A DNA stretch of 42,975 bases, from the IMG/VR virus record IMGVR_UViG_2663763400_000010, one strand, 5' to 3'. This stretch comes from a virus (lineage: Duplodnaviria > Heunggongvirae > Uroviricota > Caudoviricetes). The position numbers and the translations under genes were made by a program. Shown here in pieces: positions 9,137 to 19,519 of the stretch. Every line of letters begins with the position of its first letter. Within the stretch, counting starts at the first letter, position 1. The notes beneath the pieces were generated by a model. It ran no database searches. It saw only the letters and a program-made list of their open reading frames with translations, and had not been told where the DNA came from.

Positions 9137-9721
9137 TTACTCCGGATATTTAAAAATTACGTAGGTATGCGAAGGGCAGAGTTTGTTAAGCACACATTCG
9201 ACGACGGTGTCGCCCCAGATACGCAGCGCGGAATCACAGGGATCGCCACATGTCATCCAGGTGCTGTTGGTGGCGGCTGGCATGTTGACCTGCCAGTAAT
9301 ACCGCCATTCCGGCGCATTCACCGCGTCAGTACAGGCCGATGAGCAGGTGAACGTGCTTTTGTCGTATCGCGTGATGGTGGCGTCTGGTCTGCCCAGGGC
9401 AGCAAGCTGTGCAAGGTAAAAATCCTCATTGATGCCGCCCGCCAGGTTAACCTTCGCATCCAGTCGTTGCTGACGCTGGCGAAGGGTCTGTGTTCCTGCG
9501 GGAATACATTCATCCGGCAGGCCGCACAGACGCTCCCAGCGATTTATCAGTTCGGTGGTGGTGCGCGGATCCAGCTCCCGCATCAGGGCATCCGCACGCT
9601 GATGAACGCGGGTTAATGACTGTGCCGCACCGGCAATCGCCGGATCGCTGGCTGACCACGCCGGACCGGGCGGCAGCAGTGCCGACAACAGACGGATGTA
9701 ATCATCGTTTGTCACGCCCAT
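9137..9721 (-). CDS. tail protein, Mu gp48-like / YmfQ-like (DUF2313)
   Basis: 194 aa between baseplate J and the fibre gene, the conserved position in Mu-type tail modules; sequence pattern recalled as YmfQ-like. Confidence 0.55.
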   Translation of the reverse strand: MGVTNDDYIRLLSALLPPGPAWSASDPAIAGAAQSLTRVHQRADALMRELDPRTTTELINRWERLCGLPDECIPAGTQTLRQRQQRLDAKVNLAGGINEDFYLAQLAALGRPDATITRYDKSTFTCSSACTDAVNAPEWRYYWQVNMPAATNSTWMTCGDPCDSALRIWGDTVVECVLNKLCPSHTYVIFKYPE

Positions 9722-10770
9722 GAAATCGTCCCCAGAACCGCCAGTTCATTTTTTGCAATGGAGATATTTTCCGCCGGTGCAAGCAATTGATGGCTGTATT
9801 CCCCGTTCGCACCGGAAATCGCTTCACTGATACGCGACACCTTCAGTTCTCCCTGCGGATAACCATCACGCAGCAGGAACGAACGCAACTCCGCGGTGAT
9901 GGCAGCCCGTATTTCCGGTGTATCCGGCGTCACACGGATATGAAAATCCACCGTATGCGCCACCGGCCTGAACACATACAAATCAGAGCCTGCCACCGGG
10001 GCCAGTGGCCCGATATGTTGTCTTGCCGCCGTTTCCGTTGATTCTTCCGGAATGGGATTAATCAGGTCACTGCTGGCAATCATCACACCGACAGTCCCCG
10101 TTCCCATCCAGTGACGGTATGCCCATGCGCGGGTAATGCCGGGCAATTCTTTAGCCCAGACAACATAGTCCCCGTCAGCCCCGCCCTGAGGCGTCCAGTA
10201 ATACCGCTCAATGACGCGGGCGCGCCACGTTTCCAGCTCTTCAGTATCAAATCCACCTGTCAGAGTGTCTGCCACGCCGGAAGACGGCAGACCATTAACC
10301 GGCGTGACCAGGATTAATGACGTACCGTCGTCAGCGTTACCGACCGCGCCTGCACTTGAGCAGGCGATCGGCACGCGCAGGACACCACCGGCGCTGGTTG
10401 CATCGGCAGTTGCCGTGTACTGAATCAGGTCATCGCGCTGAATAACACTCCCGGCGGTCACCTTCAGGCCATCGCTGACGCCTTCCCAGCGCATATACCC
10501 GCTGGCAGTCGTGGCCCCCTTGCGCGGACACCGTTTCATCGCAGCATGTCGCGCCAGCCAGGACTCATCGCACAGGTCAGGCAGCATGTTCATTGCCAGA
10601 TAATCGATGTACCCGTAAACCGTATGCAGCGCCGCCGCATACACCTTTGCCCGCACGTCTTCATCCATGCGCCGGAGCGTGTCGCTGACGTCCAGCCTGG
10701 CGAATAAATCGTTACGGAGCATACTGATATTTTCTGCCAGCGTCGGGCGCTGAAATTCACTGTCCGCCAT
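9712..10770 (-). CDS. baseplate J-like protein (Mu gp47 family)
   Basis: 352 aa; position and size fit baseplate J; overlapping coupled starts with neighbours. Confidence 0.7.
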   Translation of the reverse strand: MADSEFQRPTLAENISMLRNDLFARLDVSDTLRRMDEDVRAKVYAAALHTVYGYIDYLAMNMLPDLCDESWLARHAAMKRCPRKGATTASGYMRWEGVSDGLKVTAGSVIQRDDLIQYTATADATSAGGVLRVPIACSSAGAVGNADDGTSLILVTPVNGLPSSGVADTLTGGFDTEELETWRARVIERYYWTPQGGADGDYVVWAKELPGITRAWAYRHWMGTGTVGVMIASSDLINPIPEESTETAARQHIGPLAPVAGSDLYVFRPVAHTVDFHIRVTPDTPEIRAAITAELRSFLLRDGYPQGELKVSRISEAISGANGEYSHQLLAPAENISIAKNELAVLGTISWA

Positions 10771-11185
10771 GCGTTATCGCACTCCACAGATCATCTAAAG
10801 AAATCATTACCGGTCCGTCACGACGCCAGAGAGTGATACTGTTACCCAGTTCATTAATCCCGGTGCGGAGGATATCCAGATCAATACGGGACACCACGCC
10901 GTCATCAATCATCCATTGCAGGCATTCGCGGATATACCCCCTTACCGTCTGCACCAGCTGATTGGTCAGTTTGCTGCGCTGAAGCAGCCACAGTCGGGAG
11001 CCGTAACGGTCATTCTGTACCGCAGGCCAGGTATCCCCCCACCATCCCATCGGGACGTCGGCGTTGTCATCAGGCTCCGCCCGCCGCCAGGTAAACAGGG
11101 AAATCACCACGGCGCGGGTCAGCGGATCCAGCGGTGCGCTGGCGCAGGTGCGTTTACCGTTCACCGTCAGCCACAGTTCCATCAT
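10757..11185 (-). CDS. baseplate wedge protein (Mu gp46 / GPW-gp25-like)
   Basis: 142 aa between V-like and J-like genes. Confidence 0.55.
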   Translation of the reverse strand: MMELWLTVNGKRTCASAPLDPLTRAVVISLFTWRRAEPDDNADVPMGWWGDTWPAVQNDRYGSRLWLLQRSKLTNQLVQTVRGYIRECLQWMIDDGVVSRIDLDILRTGINELGNSITLWRRDGPVMISLDDLWSAITHGGQ

Positions 11186-11730
11186 GCCTCCATCGCTTTA
11201 TCAGGTTTGTCGGTGTTACTGCCCTGACCGTTCTCTCTGTGACGATGCCCGTTATAGGCAAGCCGCATCGCTGACATGGTGGTGCCGCTGGAGTCGCACA
11301 GGTCTTTCACCTGTCCTGTCACTTCCAGGTCCATTTCAAAACGTGCTTCAGGTGCATTGCGAAACGTGATCGTTTTACCTGCACCGTCCACCACGATCCC
11401 CTCCCGGGTCAGCGTCACAGACTGCCCCTGATCGTCATAGACCGCCACCTCACCCGTCTGCAGCCCTTTCAGGCGGTAGCGCCGGTCCGACACCGTAACA
11501 ACCACCGCATGAGAACGGTCACCATCCGGAAACAACACCACCGCTTCCGCACCGCTGTTTGCCCTTGCGGTAAAACCGTAGGGTTCAAGATGTTCAACCC
11601 CGGCTTTGGGTTCACCGGCAATCAGGGACACATCCACGGTCTGACATTTCGTGGCGGCACTGATGCTTTTCACCACTGCCCGCCCAATCAGGCCGAGGAG
11701 TTGTCGCTGCATGGCTTCAATCGTACTCAT
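11182..11730 (-). CDS. baseplate assembly/spike protein V-like (Mu gp45-like)
   Basis: 182 aa; conserved position in the baseplate module. Confidence 0.6.
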   Translation of the reverse strand: MSTIEAMQRQLLGLIGRAVVKSISAATKCQTVDVSLIAGEPKAGVEHLEPYGFTARANSGAEAVVLFPDGDRSHAVVVTVSDRRYRLKGLQTGEVAVYDDQGQSVTLTREGIVVDGAGKTITFRNAPEARFEMDLEVTGQVKDLCDSSGTTMSAMRLAYNGHRHRENGQGSNTDKPDKAMEA

Positions 11731-12809
11731 CAGAACGGGTCCTCCTGTACTCTGGCTTTTTTCTTTTTCCGCGCGCCGGGGGCTTCGGGTTCAGGCAGAT
11801 AAGCATCAGGTGGGCCGACACGGATTTCCGTCAGGGTGCCGTTCTGGTCCTGAGTAAACGTGACTTCCGAGACAAGCAGTTCGGTATTGTCGAAACCACA
11901 GACCGGATCGAAGACAATCACCCGCTGGTTGGGCTGCCACAGCGTACCGTTACCCTGTCGCCAGCCCTGCACCACATAGGTGGTTTCATCCGTCCGCGCC
12001 GCCCGTTGTCGGGCTTCAAAGTCAGCACGCGCAATACAGCCTGCCCCCGTAGCCTGCCCTGTCTGCCTGATATACATCGGACGGTAACGGGCAATAAATG
12101 CGTCCTCTGTGCGGGCCCGCAGCGCGCTGGTGGTGGCCTCACCGAAATCATCGTCGTTTCCAGCACGCTGCCCCGCCACCTGGTAAACAGAAAACCGCTC
12201 CCGGATACTCTTCTCCGTATCGCAGGAAAGGATGTTTTCCCCGAGTACCAGCGCAGTATGTGCCCGCGTTGAGCCAATACCGCCAATCACCAGCCTGCCG
12301 TGTGGGTCGTCGTAAGCCAGTGCCTGCTGCTGACCGAGTATTTTGTTGATTACCTCAATCACCGTTTCACCGTGATCGGGCTGGACGTCAGGAATAACAC
12401 CCGACGGCGCACCGTTGTTCACCACCTCAATGCCGAAAGGCGCAGCAAGCGCCTGCGCAATCTGTACCAGCGATCGTCCGTTAAACTGTGTCGGTTCGGC
12501 TGCACAGTCAATCAGGTCAGCGGTCAGACTGCGTCCGGCAATACCGGTGCTGACCGAACGGGCATCGTAACGAACGGGCGTCGCCTCCACCCAGCCGGTG
12601 ATCACCAGCTCATCACCAATCAGCACCTCCACTTTTGAACCGTTTTTAATGCGCGGCTGAAGCGTGGTGATACCCTCATCACCCGGCCACTGGCGGGTGA
12701 TCTCCACACTGAAATCCCGCGCCAGCCGTTCAATACCGGCACCGATGCGCACCGATGTCCAGCCATTCCACTCCCGGCCATTTACCCGTAGCGTGACGTT
12801 ATCGTTCAT
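11730..12809 (-). CDS. tail/baseplate hub protein (Mu P-like)
   Basis: 359 aa; follows the DNA circularisation gene as in Mu-type tails. Confidence 0.6.
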   Translation of the reverse strand: MNDNVTLRVNGREWNGWTSVRIGAGIERLARDFSVEITRQWPGDEGITTLQPRIKNGSKVEVLIGDELVITGWVEATPVRYDARSVSTGIAGRSLTADLIDCAAEPTQFNGRSLVQIAQALAAPFGIEVVNNGAPSGVIPDVQPDHGETVIEVINKILGQQQALAYDDPHGRLVIGGIGSTRAHTALVLGENILSCDTEKSIRERFSVYQVAGQRAGNDDDFGEATTSALRARTEDAFIARYRPMYIRQTGQATGAGCIARADFEARQRAARTDETTYVVQGWRQGNGTLWQPNQRVIVFDPVCGFDNTELLVSEVTFTQDQNGTLTEIRVGPPDAYLPEPEAPGARKKKKARVQEDPF

Positions 12810-14134
12810 TGCACTGGCACCTTCAGAGGGATCACCGGCACAAAGCCGGGATGCGTAATGGCATTACGCCGGATAATGTCCGCGTCACGCGCCGCGTTAT
12901 CAAACCAGGTCGCCGCCAGCACCAGCGCGGGTAAAACCTCATCCGGTGTGCGCTGAATGATCCGTGCAGACTGTTCAAGGCGCGTGTTGATATCCGCATT
13001 CAGATCTGCTTTCACCCGGCGCAGCGCCAGAAACAGCACATCACTGGTTGTACGGGACAACTCCTTATCAATTGCCGTATTCAGTGTGTCGCGAATGTCG
13101 GTCAGTTCTTCCCACGTTGGCAGGTCAACCGTGTTTTTCACCGCCGGTGCATTGTTCAGTGCCGGATGCGTGACAGAAGGCCAGCCGGTGCTCTGCGCGG
13201 GTGTTGTTGACTGCCCCACTGTGGCATTCTGCATCACCGCGGAAGTTGTGGGCGCAGGCAATCGTGTGACGGCATACGCCGCTTCGCTGATTGCGGTCGT
13301 ACGAAGGGTGCTGGCAACCACGTTACGCTGCTGCGTCGCCGTGGCGGTGGTTTTACTGTCCGTTTTCCAGACGCCGCGCGGTTGCAGATCGCTGCCGAGG
13401 CTGACACCGGAAAGCGTTTTGATCATGGTGACCAGGTCGCTGGCGTTACCATAAAGGCGTTTCCCGGTACGCCACATTTTCTGCACCTGCTCAACGAAAT
13501 TTTTGCCTGACGATGGCGGCGGCAGAAGTACCGAGATATCCCCCTGCAACAGCCTGGCGGCATCCGATACGGCAGAATCCACCACTTTCATCGCATCAGA
13601 AACATACCCAAGCATTGTGCTGGCATTACCGACGACGTCGTTCTGCACAAAATCTGCCACGCCATCGATACTGAAACCACTGAAGCTGTCACTGATGCAG
13701 TCATCCAGTGCAGAACAGGATGACATCAGCGTCTGCGCCGTCGCCGCACCTGAAGTGGGGTAAGAGAGTTCTCCCGCTTCGACAAACTTCAGGTCAAAGC
13801 GGACAATACGCCCTTCACTCTTCGATGTGCTGACCCGAACTTCCCCGTCAACACAGACTTTCAGCTCACCGTAAGTCGGATGGACAAGCGTGCCGGGACC
13901 GGGTTTATTCAGCGCGTCAATCAGGCGATCGCGCTGGTCAAAGCAGTCATCTCCCACCACATAAGCTGTGATGGACGGGCGGAAAGTGATTTTCCCCAGG
14001 TCTTCGGTATAGGGTTTGTCGCGGTTCGGGTATTCGTGCGTTTCCACACGACGACCGGTTCCCGCACTTTCTTCTTCAACCTTAAACGGCACACCGCGAA
14101 ATGACGCGTCCTGAAGTCTGTCTTTCCACGTCAT
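12806..14134 (-). CDS. DNA circularisation protein (Mu N-like)
   Basis: ATG at 14134 (MTWKDRLQDASFRGVPF...) has a GGAG ribosome-binding site; the ORF track extension to 14176 would cover an intergenic hairpin. Confidence 0.65.
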   Translation of the reverse strand: MTWKDRLQDASFRGVPFKVEEESAGTGRRVETHEYPNRDKPYTEDLGKITFRPSITAYVVGDDCFDQRDRLIDALNKPGPGTLVHPTYGELKVCVDGEVRVSTSKSEGRIVRFDLKFVEAGELSYPTSGAATAQTLMSSCSALDDCISDSFSGFSIDGVADFVQNDVVGNASTMLGYVSDAMKVVDSAVSDAARLLQGDISVLLPPPSSGKNFVEQVQKMWRTGKRLYGNASDLVTMIKTLSGVSLGSDLQPRGVWKTDSKTTATATQQRNVVASTLRTTAISEAAYAVTRLPAPTTSAVMQNATVGQSTTPAQSTGWPSVTHPALNNAPAVKNTVDLPTWEELTDIRDTLNTAIDKELSRTTSDVLFLALRRVKADLNADINTRLEQSARIIQRTPDEVLPALVLAATWFDNAARDADIIRRNAITHPGFVPVIPLKVPVQ

Positions 14135-14146
14135 ATAAACTCCGTA

Positions 14147-14170
14147 CATAAAAAATCCCACCGGAGTGGG
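14147..14170 (-). terminator. short hairpin plus T-run between tape measure and downstream tail gene (possible attenuator)
   Basis: Minus strand reads CCCAC-TCCG-GTGGG followed by ATTTTTT; stem is only 5 bp. Confidence 0.25.
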
Positions 14171-14194
14171 ACTCATTAACAGATTAATTTTTCA

Positions 14195-16030
14195 TTACCT
14201 GCCAAAGCGCGTATAGCCAACATCATGGCTGACATCAAAACCGCTGGATCGCGTTTCCATAACCCGCATACCCGGAGGTGAATTCACAAAAGAGACCTTG
14301 ATCTCACCATCAACTTTTGGCGCAGAAGCTTTGTTAATCATGAAGGGATTCGGGCCTGTGGCACCGGAGGCGTTGTTTGACTGAGCCGGATCCACCGCCT
14401 GATAAGGTGTGTATCCCCGTGCCGGTATTCCCGTCCCATAAGCATCATAAGCACCCGCGCCCCACTGCGCAGAGTTAATGGCATCGACCGTGTCACCGGA
14501 ACTGTCGGTAAACCACTCAATAATTGGCTTCAGCTTGTCCCACATATCCTGAAACCACTTAACAACCGGTCCCCAGTTATTGATTACCATCCCCAGCGGC
14601 GACCAGGCAAAAACCTTCTTCAGAAGTTCCCGGCCAGCCTCAAAATAAGGACCAATGGTTTCCCAGAGCTTCTTGAAATAAGGTCCGACAACATCCCAGT
14701 TAGTGATAATTAATCCCGCAGCCAGGGCTATCGCCGTCGCAATCATGCCAATCGGCGTCATCGACATGATCCTGCTGACAATACTGATGGCACCGCCAAC
14801 GCCCATCAATCCCAGTTTCAGAATCGCAAGACCGGCAGCAAGCCCGACGACGCCGCGAATAACCCGGGGATTTTCATCCGCAAACTTCGTGAATTTCTCC
14901 CCCAACTCCCCCAGCCATTGCGTGATATTTTTAGCGTCACCAGAAAATGCGCCGCCAATAGCCGCAAGGCCGTTAGTTGCGGTCCCTGTCATTGCCTCCC
15001 ACAGGTTGGACAGCGTACCAAGCTGTGCCTGAACACGTTTATTCAGACTGGCCTGTTTATTCATCTTCTGCTGGATCTGGTCGTAGCCATCCTTTCCTTT
15101 ATCGATTAGTGCATTGACCACCTGAAGGGTTTCGGCATCATCACCAAATATTGCCTTAAGTACACCAGTTCGCTTAACGTCGGTCAGTTTTCGCAGCTTT
15201 GCCAGTTGCCTGAACATGTTATCAAGACCGCCAAAACTCCCTTTGCCGTCAGTAAAATCGAGCTGTACCCCGAGTTTCTGGCGGGCCATGACTTTATTGA
15301 CGTCCCTGATTTTCTTAACGCTTAATCCGGACTGGATAACTTTTCGCAGGGCGTTACCTGCCGACTCCCCGTTCATCCCCATCTGATCCATCATGACGCT
15401 GATGGGGGCAAGGCTCTGTGCAGCCTGAAGACCGTCCTTGTTCACCATCTTCAGAACAGAGCTGGTTTTAGTGAAGAAGGACAACATGTTGGTATCGTCA
15501 ACGCCCAGATAAAACGCCTTCTGGATAGTGTCGAACAGCCCCATCATGTCTTCTGACGCCGTTCCGGTAGCATCCTGCATCTTTGCGGCAAACTCGGCAG
15601 CCGCTTCCGGTGTTTTTTTCAGTTGTACCGCAAGATAAGCTGTCGCTTTACCCACACCGCCAAGAATGTTTTCTGCCGGGATCCCCTGACGCACCAGCAT
15701 CTGCATCATGTTCTGGAAATCAGCCGTTGTACCGGGTAGCTGGTTACCCAGACCAATAGCCAGTTTATTGATGTCCTGAAAGCGCTTTCCGACCTCACCG
15801 TTCGCATCCATCATGGCAACTTTCAGCCCGGTGGCGGCGTTTTCCTGATCGGCATAAGATTTCAGGGAAAGCGTCAGACCCGCAGCCAGTCCGCCACCAA
15901 GCGCCAGCCCACCCTGTGACGCTTCTTCCGCCTGGCGTTTAAATCCCCGGATTTTCTTTTGCATTTTCGACAGCGCGGGAGAAAGCCTGTCGACACCGGT
16001 GATCAACGCCTTAAGCTCAAATTCAGCCAT
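14195..16030 (-). CDS. tail tape measure protein
   Basis: 611 aa, Ala/Gly-rich helical protein downstream of the chaperone pair. Confidence 0.75.
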   Translation of the reverse strand: MAEFELKALITGVDRLSPALSKMQKKIRGFKRQAEEASQGGLALGGGLAAGLTLSLKSYADQENAATGLKVAMMDANGEVGKRFQDINKLAIGLGNQLPGTTADFQNMMQMLVRQGIPAENILGGVGKATAYLAVQLKKTPEAAAEFAAKMQDATGTASEDMMGLFDTIQKAFYLGVDDTNMLSFFTKTSSVLKMVNKDGLQAAQSLAPISVMMDQMGMNGESAGNALRKVIQSGLSVKKIRDVNKVMARQKLGVQLDFTDGKGSFGGLDNMFRQLAKLRKLTDVKRTGVLKAIFGDDAETLQVVNALIDKGKDGYDQIQQKMNKQASLNKRVQAQLGTLSNLWEAMTGTATNGLAAIGGAFSGDAKNITQWLGELGEKFTKFADENPRVIRGVVGLAAGLAILKLGLMGVGGAISIVSRIMSMTPIGMIATAIALAAGLIITNWDVVGPYFKKLWETIGPYFEAGRELLKKVFAWSPLGMVINNWGPVVKWFQDMWDKLKPIIEWFTDSSGDTVDAINSAQWGAGAYDAYGTGIPARGYTPYQAVDPAQSNNASGATGPNPFMINKASAPKVDGEIKVSFVNSPPGMRVMETRSSGFDVSHDVGYTRFGR

Positions 16031-16205
16031 GTGTGCGTTTCTCCTGCTCTATCCTGTTTGCCTGACTGACCAGCAAGGGAATTTCACTGATCGGCATATT
16101 CAGCAATTCGAAGGGATTAATGCGCCAGTAGCTGGCGCAGTCAAAGAAGCGATCAGTGAGGTATTCAGCCGTCAGGCCTGGAGGAAAAAACCAGCCACAA
16201 GCCAC
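16023..16205 (-). CDS. tail assembly chaperone, -1 frameshift extension (GT-like)
   Basis: Overlaps the 3-prime end of the upstream chaperone ORF in the -1 frame; a T-TTT-TTC heptamer lies in the overlap (codons GGT TTT TTC). Confidence 0.45.
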   Translation of the reverse strand: MACGWFFPPGLTAEYLTDRFFDCASYWRINPFELLNMPISEIPLLVSQANRIEQEKRTHG

Positions 16206-16441
16206 GCCGCAGCATTCAGGTCTGCCGGAGACATCTGGTCGACAGAGTTTTGCGGCACTTTCGCCAGCCGCACAATGTATTTCGATACCACATGCGCCAG
16301 AAGTCTGACGGACTCATCCTGATTCATCTGGTAGGGATACCCCAGCTCGCGGACATCTTTCCCGGTGGGCTCATCAAACTCCAGTACGGAGAGTGTCTCG
16401 CCATGAGCGGTAATCGGTTTCTTTAACTCAAGCTCTTTCAT
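16172..16441 (-). CDS. tail assembly chaperone (G-like, upstream frame)
   Basis: 89 aa between tube and tape measure genes. Confidence 0.6.
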   Translation of the reverse strand: MKELELKKPITAHGETLSVLEFDEPTGKDVRELGYPYQMNQDESVRLLAHVVSKYIVRLAKVPQNSVDQMSPADLNAAAWLVAGFFLQA

Positions 16442-16797
16442 TACTGGTAATCCCCTTCTTCACCGTGGAACTCAAGATCAACCGTCCCTTCTTCGGCATT
16501 ATGGTTCGCTTCGCCGTGCAGCCAGGCAGACGACAGTACATAGACCTGACCGTTCGCCAGCTCGGCAGTGATGGTCATCTCATCAGACGAGGTGATTTTG
16601 CTCACCGGAAAATTCTTCGGCACCTTGAAGGTCCCTTTAACATAAGGCGCACGGTGAGTTTCCTTGCGGTCCACTGAACCGTCCAGGCCGATGATGTCAT
16701 CATTGACCGTCCTGTTCATGGGCACCTCAATGCCGCCGGTCAGCGATAGCTGCTGACCGTCAATTTTGAAATAACAGGTTCCCCCGATACGGGCCAT
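16441..16797 (-). CDS. tail tube protein (Mu gpM-like)
   Basis: 118 aa immediately downstream of sheath; start and stop codons overlap neighbours. Confidence 0.7.
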   Translation of the reverse strand: MARIGGTCYFKIDGQQLSLTGGIEVPMNRTVNDDIIGLDGSVDRKETHRAPYVKGTFKVPKNFPVSKITSSDEMTITAELANGQVYVLSSAWLHGEANHNAEEGTVDLEFHGEEGDYQ

Positions 16798-18293
16798 TAT
16801 GCGGACTCCTCTGAATACTGAAGACGGAACTGGTTAACCACGGCAAAGACACGCAACTGGTTAACATAGTCAGGCGGGAACAGCGTGTTCAGGCGGTTCG
16901 GATCGCTGGCATCACGCTCCACAACCAGGTACTGCTTAAAAAGTTCGTAGTTTTCCACGATCCCCGCACGCTCAAGCTGACGGTAGGTTGCCAGCAGTTC
17001 CCCTTTGATCACCGCCGGGGTGACAATCGCCTGACCGGGACCAAAGCGGGTACCGTCGCTGGCAAGCTTGTGACGCCCGTACTTACTGGTAATGACGGAT
17101 TTCAGTTTGCGCAGTACATACGCACTGGTATGCAGCGTCTCGCTGTCGAGGTAGCTGTTATCCGCAACCCCGTAAGCGTTTTTCCTGTACGTGGTGACAT
17201 CACGCTGAATGCGCAGTACCCCGCTTTCGACATACGCCGTTGCCACGCCATGAGACAGCAGGGTCTTTTGTTCGGTCATCGTGAACCGTTTCCCCTTCGG
17301 CGCAGGCAGCATACCCACCAGCTCACCGGTCTGCGTGGGACGTGCCGGATCGTTGCGGATAAACACCGCTGCGCGGGCGGTACGGCTTGCCGCCAGCTCG
17401 TCGGCAGGCGTCTGGGTGTCTTTTTCGTACCCCGCCAGGGTAATGTGCTGCTGGTTAAACTGGTCACCTGCGGTCACCAGTTCTGACAGCGTGCCGGTCT
17501 TTGCCGTATACACATGACCATACAGCTGACGCGCATAGCTCCAGCGACCGCTGGTATCGTTCATCTCGGTCACCAGCGTGTTAACGGAGGCCGTGTCGTT
17601 GAACGGCAGGCCGATATAATCAAACGGCTCATCCGCCATTGCAGCCACAGCGCCGGTGAGAACCGGAGCACCCGTTCCGGCGGTACCCGTCACCACGGCA
17701 ATCTGTACGCCCGCTGGCAGCACTTCGCCCCCACCAAAGCCGTAGTAATTGAGGCTGACAGGAATTTCATTCCCGCAAAGCCCCTTATGACGCGCGGTCA
17801 GTGTGACCACGCCTGCCGAAGATGAAGCCGTAAACGGCAGGGTCGGAACGGCATTGATGGCATCCTGGATACTGCTGGCAATCATCGTAACGTTATCGCC
17901 GTTAGTCACCGGTACCTGCACGCGGGTACGTCCCACATACACATTCACCGTGCCGGTTTCGGTTGCCGCCCCGGTCACCGTCAGCGTAACCGTTGCCGCC
18001 GCGCCTGTGGATTCAGGAACGGCAATCACATACAGCTCGCCAAACGGGTCAGTCTGGCGATAAGCCTCGACCATACGCGCCAGCTGACTTCCCGCACCAC
18101 AAATCTGGCGTGCATAGTCTGCCGACGGCATCAGTACCAGACTGTTGGCAACAATCTCTGCACCGTTATTGGCATGACCAATCAGCAGCGATGCTCCGCT
18201 GTCCTGTGCAGTATTCGCAGCCTGGTTATCCATTTCCGCATAAAACAGCGGAACCAGCGTATTCGACGGAATGGTGTTAAAGCTTATCGTCAT
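16797..18293 (-). CDS. contractile tail sheath protein (Mu gpL-like)
   Basis: 498 aa; MTISFNTIPSNTLVPLFYAEMDNQ... resembles Mu-type sheath N-termini. Confidence 0.8.
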   Translation of the reverse strand: MTISFNTIPSNTLVPLFYAEMDNQAANTAQDSGASLLIGHANNGAEIVANSLVLMPSADYARQICGAGSQLARMVEAYRQTDPFGELYVIAVPESTGAAATVTLTVTGAATETGTVNVYVGRTRVQVPVTNGDNVTMIASSIQDAINAVPTLPFTASSSAGVVTLTARHKGLCGNEIPVSLNYYGFGGGEVLPAGVQIAVVTGTAGTGAPVLTGAVAAMADEPFDYIGLPFNDTASVNTLVTEMNDTSGRWSYARQLYGHVYTAKTGTLSELVTAGDQFNQQHITLAGYEKDTQTPADELAASRTARAAVFIRNDPARPTQTGELVGMLPAPKGKRFTMTEQKTLLSHGVATAYVESGVLRIQRDVTTYRKNAYGVADNSYLDSETLHTSAYVLRKLKSVITSKYGRHKLASDGTRFGPGQAIVTPAVIKGELLATYRQLERAGIVENYELFKQYLVVERDASDPNRLNTLFPPDYVNQLRVFAVVNQFRLQYSEESA

Positions 18294-18447
18294 CGGTGTT
18301 CACCTTTTTATTCACGCGCCGGATATCACCCGCTGCTTCACGGCGCAGCCAGTAGTTGTTCTCATCAACATTTCGCCCTTCGGCGGGCAAAAGGTCGCCG
18401 CGGGCAGGGTCAGGCACTGACCGCCCTTTAACAGGTTTCACAAACAT
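18277..18447 (-). CDS. small conserved protein upstream of sheath gene (56 aa)
   Basis: MFVKPVKGRSVPDPARGDLLPAEGRNVDENNYWLRREAAGDIRRVNKKVNTDDDKL; ATG at 18447, overlaps the sheath start; below the ORF track cutoff. Confidence 0.35.
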   Translation of the reverse strand: MFVKPVKGRSVPDPARGDLLPAEGRNVDENNYWLRREAAGDIRRVNKKVNTDDDKL

Positions 18448-18455
18448 GATGATCC

Positions 18456-19016
18456 TCAGGAAGGAAGGGGTATTTCGGTGTGATGTTCGATATCGCCGTC
18501 AGACCCGTTACCGGGATCGAGATAATCAACATCAATCGCCAGCGTTCGCAGTTCATCCAGACTGTTCAGGTCATCCTGCTGGCGGGTATCGTCTTCGGTC
18601 AGCTCTCTGATGACCGAAAAATCGAACTGATAAATCAGCTCATGACGATTCAGATCCAGCAGCGTGCCGCCGTCATAGGTAATCGGGTTACCGCACGCTT
18701 CCGGGTTCCAGCCCAGCAGGGCCTTAAAGAGCATCTGCCGGACATCGTCCACCACATCATACGAGGCAAACTGACCGCGCTCATCACGTCCGTTACTCAG
18801 TATGACAACCACGGAGAAGCCCTCTTTCAGCTCCTGCCAGTAGTCGGTCTGGCTTTTGTTTTCTCCCGGAGAGTCATCACCCGGTACCACATATGCCGCC
18901 GGGAGTCTCAGCTTTCCGACCTCCGGCAGATTTTTGAACTGTGCCGCGCCTGCCACCCGGTTTTCAAAATACGGGCAGCGGGCACGCAGCGCAGCAATAA
19001 CAGACGTCAGTTTCAT
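18456..19016 (-). CDS. tail completion / terminator-like protein (Mu gp37-like)
   Basis: 186 aa between head-tail joining genes and the sheath gene. Confidence 0.5.
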   Translation of the reverse strand: MKLTSVIAALRARCPYFENRVAGAAQFKNLPEVGKLRLPAAYVVPGDDSPGENKSQTDYWQELKEGFSVVVILSNGRDERGQFASYDVVDDVRQMLFKALLGWNPEACGNPITYDGGTLLDLNRHELIYQFDFSVIRELTEDDTRQQDDLNSLDELRTLAIDVDYLDPGNGSDGDIEHHTEIPLPS

Positions 19017-19519
19017 CTGCGTCGTCGCTCCGGCTTCAGTGATTTACGTAATTCCCGCGCCAGAAAATAGCGTGTCCAGCTGCGGTTCTTTTCAAGCGTT
19101 TCCACCATAAAGTTATTACGTGGAGCCAGTCGCCAGCCGCTGCCACCGGATGCACCACGATGATGGCTGCGACGACGCTTTGCCCCTCGCCTCACGCCAT
19201 AGAACAAAAAAGCCGGATAAAAATCACCGGTGATACGGCGGTTTCCCTCTCCATTACGCTGGTTAGGGGCTATACGTGCCATAAAACCAGGGCGATGTTT
19301 ACTGGCTCTGGGTACCATGTAACCAATCGAACGAGCCAGGCGTCCGGTCTGATAACCGGGGTTTTCACCCGGTGCCGACCGCGCACGGCGCATCACCAGC
19401 CGACGGGCATCACGCATATGACGCTGACCAATCGTGACAAACGCCCGCCGGACACGGGCGCGGTTAAAGCGCATCTCCGCGGGCTGCTGAAAATCAACGT
19501 GCAAAAAGGAAGTCGTCAT
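19013..19519 (-). CDS. head-tail joining protein (HK97 gp10-like)
   Basis: 168 aa basic protein in the head-tail connector cluster. Confidence 0.5.
   Translation of the reverse strand: MTTSFLHVDFQQPAEMRFNRARVRRAFVTIGQRHMRDARRLVMRRARSAPGENPGYQTGRLARSIGYMVPRASKHRPGFMARIAPNQRNGEGNRRITGDFYPAFLFYGVRRGAKRRRSHHRGASGGSGWRLAPRNNFMVETLEKNRSWTRYFLARELRKSLKPERRRR

Noticed and set aside
9490-15109. Numerous plus-strand ORFs across the baseplate/tape-measure region (for example 10111-10317, 11509-11802, 12300-12638, 12957-13454, 14703-15032)
   Set aside because: All lie antisense to a continuous, translationally coupled minus-strand tail operon.
17070-18610. Plus-strand ORFs antisense to the tail sheath and neighbouring genes (17070-17486, 17281-17517, 17514-17825, 17803-18063, 17993-18280, 18174-18431, 18356-18610, 18480-19070)
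   Set aside because: High-GC antisense frames opposite long conserved structural genes; no ribosome-binding sites or operon logic.
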